In this document: positions 58,177 to 64,000 of the stretch, in pieces | Layout of the letters: each line of letters begins with the position of its first letter | Position numbering within the stretch: position 1 is the first letter of the stretch | The notes under the pieces: generated by a model | Databases searched by the model: none | What the model was told of the DNA's origin: nothing | What the model saw: only the letters and a program-made list of their open reading frames with translations | Program-made: the position numbers and the translations under genes | Assembly (NCBI GenBank): GCA_964559765.1 | Contig: CAZLHU010000001.1 | Location: 148,164-212,163 of the forward strand | Direction: 5' to 3' | Source of the DNA: an uncultured Candidatus Saccharibacteria bacterium | GTDB taxonomy: Bacteria > Patescibacteriota > Minisyncoccia > UBA6257 > Colwellbacteraceae | Length of the DNA: 64,000 nucleotides

Positions 58177-59058
58177 ATGCGCAAACAAATCTTCCAAACG
58201 ATATACGACGTGCTCAAAGCCGACAATAAAGCGGTTCTGCTCTTTGGAGACGTGGGGACTTATGGTTTTCGCAACTCTCAGGCGGAATTTCCCGATCGCG
58301 TATACGATGTCGGGATAATGGAGCAGTCCATGGTTAGCGCGTCTGCTGGTCTGGCAATGCAGGGTTTTACCCCCATAGTGCATACCATAGCTACGTTCCT
58401 AGTAGAAAGATCCCTTGAGCAAATTAAAGACGACTTCGGTTATCAGCGTTTGGGTGGCAATTTTGTAAGCACTGGCGCCTCATATGACATGGCGTCGTGG
58501 GGAGCTACGCACCAATGTCCCGGCGATGTGGGTATATTGAAGAACGTTCCAAGCATAGAAATCGTGGTCCCGGGAAGCGCCGCCGAATTCGACAGTTTAT
58601 TCAAGCAGTCATACAATGACGGCCGCCCGACCTATTTCCGTTTAAGCGGTAAAAGCAACGCCGACAACCAAGAGGTGGCATTTGGCAAAGCGTCTGTTAT
58701 AAAGACCGGAAAACGGGCTACGGTAATCGCAGTGGGCCCAATGCTCGAGAGGGTACGGCAAGCGTGCGGGGAGCTTGATGTCACGATTTTGTATTACACA
58801 ACCTTGGAGCCGTTCGACCACAAAGCTTTGAGAGATAACATCCAAGGGGGTAAGATAATAATCTGCGAACCCTACTACAGCGGCGCTATCGCGGTTGATG
58901 TTTCGATTGCCACCGCTTCGCATCCCGTAGAAGTGACGTATATCGGAGTCCCGCGCGAATTTCCCCATCACTACGGCACCATGGATGACTTGGACGCATT
59001 CTTCCACCTGACAGCCGAAGATATCGAGGCCAAGATAAAGAAAGTTTTAGCTAAATGA
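58177..59058 (+). CDS. Transketolase, C-terminal subunit
   Basis: 'GIMEQ', 'ERSLEQIK', 'GATH', 'PTYFRL'. Confidence 0.92.
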   Translation: MRKQIFQTIYDVLKADNKAVLLFGDVGTYGFRNSQAEFPDRVYDVGIMEQSMVSASAGLAMQGFTPIVHTIATFLVERSLEQIKDDFGYQRLGGNFVSTGASYDMASWGATHQCPGDVGILKNVPSIEIVVPGSAAEFDSLFKQSYNDGRPTYFRLSGKSNADNQEVAFGKASVIKTGKRATVIAVGPMLERVRQACGELDVTILYYTTLEPFDHKALRDNIQGGKIIICEPYYSGAIAVDVSIATASHPVEVTYIGVPREFPHHYGTMDDLDAFFHLTAEDIEAKIKKVLAK

Positions 59059-59828
59059 AAAGGATATTGATAATTGGAGAAAGTTGTTTGGATGTCTTTG
59101 TATACTGCGACGCATTGAGATTGGCGCCGGACTTACCTATACCGGTCCTGCAGGTTCTGAAGAGGACGCATAATCCTGGCATGGCTAAGAACGTGGAGCG
59201 CAACGTAAAAGCCCTATATAAGGCATGCGATCTCATAACTAATAAGAACTGGAAGGGCACGACCAAGACGCGCTACATGCACGATAAGACCAACCATGCT
59301 TTTTTGCGGGTAGACGTTAACCAGCCCATGCAGCGCATCGATGTCCGGAAGCTGCCCCTAAAGAAGTATGACCTTATTGCCATCTCCGATTACGACAAAG
59401 GATTCCTGGATAGGGATGATATGCGGTACATATGCGAACATCACCCCAACGTCTTTATTGACACCAAAAAGCCCGTCGGCAGTTTTCTTGACCGATGCGC
59501 TTATATCAAAATAAACGAGAAAGAATACGGTAGGTCCCTTCCTGTTTCGAAGAGCCTTAAACGGAAGATTATTATCACTAAGGGTGATCAAGGGGCTGAG
59601 TTCAAGGGCAAGCATTATCCTACAGAGAAGATCGAGGTTAAAGATTCCTCCGGCGCAGGCGACAGTTTCTTCGCGGCGCTTATTGTACGTTATATAAAGA
59701 CAGGAAACATTGAGGATGCCATCAAATTTGCGAATATGTGTGCGACGCAGGCTGTTAAGCATAGGGGGGTCTCCGTCATTAAGGAGCCGAAGGTAAAACC
59801 AAATGAAGACCGAAATAGAAAGCACTAG
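59055..59828 (+). CDS. PfkB-family kinase, HldE/RfaE heptose-7-phosphate-kinase-like
   Basis: 'ILIIGE..LD....RLAP..PIPV', 'PGMA.NV..N', 'KTRY', 'ISDYDKG', 'D.SGAGDSF'. Confidence 0.85.
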   Translation: MKRILIIGESCLDVFVYCDALRLAPDLPIPVLQVLKRTHNPGMAKNVERNVKALYKACDLITNKNWKGTTKTRYMHDKTNHAFLRVDVNQPMQRIDVRKLPLKKYDLIAISDYDKGFLDRDDMRYICEHHPNVFIDTKKPVGSFLDRCAYIKINEKEYGRSLPVSKSLKRKIIITKGDQGAEFKGKHYPTEKIEVKDSSGAGDSFFAALIVRYIKTGNIEDAIKFANMCATQAVKHRGVSVIKEPKVKPNEDRNRKH

Positions 59829-60759
59829 AGAAGCTCTATTAAGAAGTCTGGATGGCAATTATAAAAAGGCAGAAACATTCAGAAAGGCGGACGGCGTTAA
59901 TGATTTCTTAAAACCCGGGCTGAAGAGTAGGTTGTTGAAAGTGCTTTTATTCCCAGGGGCCTTCGTTCCTTTTTCTATTTTCTACGCTTGGATGCATCTG
60001 GAGCTGTTTCTTCACATTAATGTCCGGTGCAAGATGTTGGATTCAAGGGAGATCTCTTACCTGAAGAAGGAGCAGCTGCGCTTTTGCTATTTTAAATGCA
60101 TACCTGGCACAACGGAGTATAAACTCACAAAATATCTGATCAAGAACCTAAATAAGGAAGATGTTTTCTACGACATAGGCGCCAATTTTGGGTTCTATAC
60201 TTATCTGGCCTTAGAATTTTGCAAAGAAGTCCACAGTTTTGACCCTCAACTCAAAACCTTCAGTTTAACAGAGAACTTAAACGGAGATCCTAGGGCGTTT
60301 CTTAACGACATAGCCCTCTCAGACAATAACGGCCGGGCCGTCCTATATCTTGCTGGGGAAGAGAGCACTCTTTCGAAGGAAGTCGAGGCCTCTTTGGGTA
60401 ATAAGGAAGTCGGCGCGGTCGAGGTTGAGACATTAACCCTGAAAAAATACCTAGAGAATCACGTACCCCCCACCTTTATTAAGCTGGACGCCGAAGGAGC
60501 AGAGAGGGAGATAATTCTCGGGGGATCGGAATTTATCAAAAAGAATTTACCGACGATTGCGATGGAGGTCTGGAGCGGACAGGCTGGGCATATCTCGAAA
60601 AAGGCAGCCGATCTGCTGATTGAATTTGGGTACGAGCCATTTTATATAAACCTCTTAGGTGAGATCGAGAGGGTCGACGGAGACCTATCTGAAAGAGCCG
60701 CAGAAGATGGATTAGATGGCGACAATTTTATTTTCAAGAGGCGAAAATCTAATTTATAG
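59803..60759 (+). CDS. FkbM family methyltransferase
   Basis: 'FYDIGANFGFY', 'IALSD', 'IKLDAEGAE'. Confidence 0.92.
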   Translation: MKTEIESTREALLRSLDGNYKKAETFRKADGVNDFLKPGLKSRLLKVLLFPGAFVPFSIFYAWMHLELFLHINVRCKMLDSREISYLKKEQLRFCYFKCIPGTTEYKLTKYLIKNLNKEDVFYDIGANFGFYTYLALEFCKEVHSFDPQLKTFSLTENLNGDPRAFLNDIALSDNNGRAVLYLAGEESTLSKEVEASLGNKEVGAVEVETLTLKKYLENHVPPTFIKLDAEGAEREIILGGSEFIKKNLPTIAMEVWSGQAGHISKKAADLLIEFGYEPFYINLLGEIERVDGDLSERAAEDGLDGDNFIFKRRKSNL

Positions 60760-60836
60760 CCATCAATATTGCGTTTTGCCAATATCTTCTCGTCACTATA
60801 GAATGTAATAATACAAACACAAATAGATAAGAACAA

Positions 60837-61805
60837 ATGGAACAAACAGTGGTAGAAAACGGTGTCGTAAGATTTTTTGAAGACAAGAAGGAATTGATCG
60901 CCAGGACCTATAGTTGGTGGCCGCCGTTGCGTTGGCGTGTGTATTACTTCCGCGCGATGATGAGGAGGGCTTTCACTTTCGGTGAGTTTTGCCAATTGAT
61001 GGTGTTAACGTCGCGCTTCGAAGCCAAGAGAAAACTTACCAATCGATTCTATAAGTTCTTCGACGAAGAGATAAGGAGGGAAAGTTCCGCATTCTATCCC
61101 GATGGGAAGGCCAATATCTATGGGCATAAATTCCGCACAGCGGGCGACATCCCAGACTTCATAGATCTTATCGACCAGGTTATGATCCATGACCAATATC
61201 ACGCCAAGGATTTCGTAAAAGAAGATTCAGTCATCATTGATGCCGGTGCGAATATAGGAGCGTTCTCTGTCTTTGCCGCCCAAATGGCGACGAAGGGCCG
61301 TATCTATTCCTTTGAGCCGGCGAGAAAGACCATGGAGATTTTAAGGGAAAATACGGCTAGTTATCCTCAGATTACCTGCGTCCCCATGGGACTGGGTGAG
61401 GTGCCTGCCGAAAAGAATATCTTGGTGGATGAGGGGCGGTTGGGGGATAGTGTGATTGAAGATAGCCCCTTCCTAAATACAGAACAAAATATCGTTGTCG
61501 GCATGAAAGATACCGGGATACCCGAAAAGATAAAAATTACGACACTAGACGCCTTCGTAAAGGAGAATAACATCCCTAAAGTCGATGTCATAAAAATCGA
61601 TACGGAAGGATATGAGGCGAATATATTAAAGGGAGCCAGGGAAACGATCAAAAGGTGGAAGCCGATAATCGCTATGTCGGCTTATCACAACGTTAATGAT
61701 AAAAAAGACCTTCCTGAGCTAGTTAAATCGATCAGCCCGGATTATGTCTGTGAATTGCACAAAGAGAGAGAAGAGGACTTTGTCTGTCGTCCGAAAGGCA
61801 GATAG
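60837..61805 (+). CDS. FkbM family methyltransferase
   Basis: 'IDAGANIG', 'SFEP', 'IKIDTEGYE', 'SAYH'. Confidence 0.92.
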   Translation: MEQTVVENGVVRFFEDKKELIARTYSWWPPLRWRVYYFRAMMRRAFTFGEFCQLMVLTSRFEAKRKLTNRFYKFFDEEIRRESSAFYPDGKANIYGHKFRTAGDIPDFIDLIDQVMIHDQYHAKDFVKEDSVIIDAGANIGAFSVFAAQMATKGRIYSFEPARKTMEILRENTASYPQITCVPMGLGEVPAEKNILVDEGRLGDSVIEDSPFLNTEQNIVVGMKDTGIPEKIKITTLDAFVKENNIPKVDVIKIDTEGYEANILKGARETIKRWKPIIAMSAYHNVNDKKDLPELVKSISPDYVCELHKEREEDFVCRPKGR

Positions 61806-61831
61806 AAACAACCATCTGTTGCCCCATTGCT

Positions 61832-63067
61832 ATGCGTGCCAATAATCAGGAATCGTCTTTGTCGTCTTTCTTGAAATACGCCAGGAATATCGCTTTTATT
61901 TCCTTAATCTCAGTTATAGACCTCCCCTTCCTTATCAAGAAGGGGGTTAGCAAAGGAGATAAGACGCTCTTGATTATAAAAACCGACGGTATCGGCGATT
62001 ACGTCCTCTTCAGGAACTTTTTAGGGGCCGTACGTACCTCTGATAGATTCAAGGATTTTAAAATAACCCTATTGGGAGACGATAAGTTTAAGGATATGGC
62101 CGAATATTTTGACGGTGATTATGTTGATGAATTCGTCTGGTTCGACAGGAGTAGATTTTGCAATAAGCTCGCCTATCATTATAAAAACCTAATTAATTTC
62201 AGAAGGAAAAGGGTTTCTGTCGTCTTACAGGCGAATATGTCCAGGAACTTTATGACGGACCGTATCGCAAAGTTTATTAATGCGGGGGAGAAAATCGCAC
62301 ATGTTGGAGAGCCGTGTTACGACACCAGGAGGGTTTTCAGGAAACACTCTAACCGCTGGTACACTAATCTTGTAGCGACCACCGAAGGTGCATTCGAATT
62401 CAATAGAAATAAAGAGTTTTTCGAGAAGATACTAGGCAGAACAATCCCCATATCCAGACCCTCCTTTGATGACGCTAGGTTGAGGCAGATAGGCTTCGAC
62501 TTTAAGAAATACGCCATAGACGGTGACTTTATAGTGGTCACCCCTGGTTCGGGAGAGCTTTGGAAAAACTGGTCTCCTGATAATTTTTCAGAAGTTTGCA
62601 GCTTCATACTCTCTATGCATAAGGGTATGAAGGTGGCTATATGCGGCTCTACCGGAGACTCTGAGGCCGCAGGGCGCATATCTTTAAAACTCCCCGCAGG
62701 ATCGACGACCGACCTGTGCGGGAAAACATCAGTATGCGAACTTGCTGCGATCCTTAGCCGCGCAAAGCTGCTTGTAAGCTGCGATACGGGAGCAGTCCAC
62801 CTCGCTGCCGCTCTAGGCACTCCTACGGTTTGTGTGTCCAGTATCGGCGACCGTCATTTCGGAAGATTTATCCCATATCCCAAGGAGGTATTCGACAGAC
62901 AGATATGCATTTTCCATCCGATCATAGAGTCTATAGTATCTAACTTACCCCAAGATAATAAGCTGTTTTATACCGGACCAATACTCAACGTTAATGAAAT
63001 TTCATGGAAGACGGTTGTCGAGCGAATAGAAAAATTCCAAAAGGCCAATTATCACAGCTACGCCTAG
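61832..63067 (+). CDS. Glycosyltransferase family 9 (heptosyltransferase-like)
   Basis: 'DGIGDYVL', 'PGSG..WKNW', 'DLCGKTS', 'DTGAVHLAAALG'. Confidence 0.88.
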   Translation: MRANNQESSLSSFLKYARNIAFISLISVIDLPFLIKKGVSKGDKTLLIIKTDGIGDYVLFRNFLGAVRTSDRFKDFKITLLGDDKFKDMAEYFDGDYVDEFVWFDRSRFCNKLAYHYKNLINFRRKRVSVVLQANMSRNFMTDRIAKFINAGEKIAHVGEPCYDTRRVFRKHSNRWYTNLVATTEGAFEFNRNKEFFEKILGRTIPISRPSFDDARLRQIGFDFKKYAIDGDFIVVTPGSGELWKNWSPDNFSEVCSFILSMHKGMKVAICGSTGDSEAAGRISLKLPAGSTTDLCGKTSVCELAAILSRAKLLVSCDTGAVHLAAALGTPTVCVSSIGDRHFGRFIPYPKEVFDRQICIFHPIIESIVSNLPQDNKLFYTGPILNVNEISWKTVVERIEKFQKANYHSYA

Positions 63068-63114
63068 GGTAAGTAATTCTTTTTGGATACGCGAAGTGAT
63101 AAGATACGAACGCA

Positions 63115-64000
63115 ATGGCAGACGGGAGCAATACTCGGGAAACAAACAAAGCAGCGTCTCAGTTGCTTTATCTCCTTAGTGTCAGAGAAAAAAAGAGTCG
63201 TTTCTATCTATGGAACAAATATATCGGACCAGGCCGTAAAAATCTTTTTAAAAGGATCGTTTTCTTAAGGGAGAAGTATTTGTGGTATGTCTTCCATAAA
63301 ATAACGAAGTATCGTTTTTTCAAGACCAAATCCAAAACGTTCTGGGGCAAGGATATAGCCATAACCAAAGACAGTAGCCTGCGTTACGGTTTTATTTTCG
63401 ATCCGACAGAGTTCAGGCTGACTAGATTTTTGATCAAACATTTGAAAGAAGACGATGTTTTCTATGACATTGGTGCAAATATAGGCTTCTATTCTATGTT
63501 GGCGGGAGAACTGTTGCTAAGGGAGATACACTGTTTTGAGCCTATGCCCGATGTCTTTAAAATGCTGACCTCAAATTTGGGAGGGTTGAAGAATGTTTAT
63601 AAAAATGAGATTGCCTTATCCGACCGAGAAGATAACATGACTTTATTTGAGATCGGCGATAAGGCTGGTTTCGGCACCACCGTGAACGCGGTCGCAGATA
63701 CCTATCGGAACGAGGCTATAAGTGAAATACGCATCAAATCCACAACCCTTCGGACGTATCTTCGCGATCATCGAAAACCGACCGTTATAAAACTTGATGT
63801 GGAGGGCGCAGAAAGCAAGGTGATAGACGGCGGCGCGGAGTTTTTAAGGGACAATTCTCCGCTCATAGTTATGGAGGCGTGGGGTGGAGAGAAGGGTAAG
63901 CTGTTTTCTAGCAAGGCCATAGAAAAACTGTATGGATTGGGCTATGAGTCCTTTATTATAAACTATGAAGGAGAGATTGAAAGCGCCCAATATATAGACA
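63115..64000 (+). CDS. FkbM family methyltransferase (runs off window end; not in ORF track)
   Basis: Manual translation from ATG 63115: MADGSNTRE...EFRLTRFLIKHLKEDDVFYDIGANIGFY; FEP and KLDVEGAE motifs further on. Confidence 0.9.
   Translation, partial: MADGSNTRETNKAASQLLYLLSVREKKSRFYLWNKYIGPGRKNLFKRIVFLREKYLWYVFHKITKYRFFKTKSKTFWGKDIAITKDSSLRYGFIFDPTEFRLTRFLIKHLKEDDVFYDIGANIGFYSMLAGELLLREIHCFEPMPDVFKMLTSNLGGLKNVYKNEIALSDREDNMTLFEIGDKAGFGTTVNAVADTYRNEAISEIRIKSTTLRTYLRDHRKPTVIKLDVEGAESKVIDGGAEFLRDNSPLIVMEAWGGEKGKLFSSKAIEKLYGLGYESFIINYEGEIESAQYID

Noticed and set aside
63083-63268. 61-aa ORF from the track
   Set aside because: It is a shadow of the FkbM gene that starts at 63115 in another frame.

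Overview
This window is the replication-origin region of a small-genome bacterium, very probably Patescibacteria/CPR (Parcubacteria-like). That assignment is inferred from the VirB4-like ATPase with VirB2-like pilins, a stand-alone 5'-3' exonuclease, tRNA-Ile(UAU), DsbA-VKOR, scarce Shine-Dalgarno sites and standard code 11. It holds jag-yidC-rnpA-rpmH / dnaA-oriC-dnaN and housekeeping genes (PBP1A, ruvC, yebC, ruvB, tsaE, holA, rpsT, ftsH, rpsA, gyrA, xer, rpsO, pnp, nusA, hppA, clpP, tyrS). It also holds four tRNAs, four pilin-like genes, three tandem secreted glycine-rich fibre-like proteins, and the start of a surface-glycan cluster (rfbBAD, GT2, two GT9, split transketolase, HldE-like kinase, three FkbM methyltransferases). 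Signals not explained by ordinary annotation: (1) two AT-rich LAGLIDADG-type ORFs, each between a promoter and a tRNA, whose stop codon lies inside the tRNA; (2) two promoter-to-terminator structured non-coding RNA candidates (about 160 nt, 6S-like, and about 230 nt, unassigned); (3) a 650-bp non-coding region with parS-like and Pho-box-like repeats; (4) a recurrent non-SD upstream motif AAAGGTCGGAA and many apparently leaderless genes; (5) a 57-aa zinc-ribbon gene missing from the ORF track. All calls were made by eye; no database search was run.
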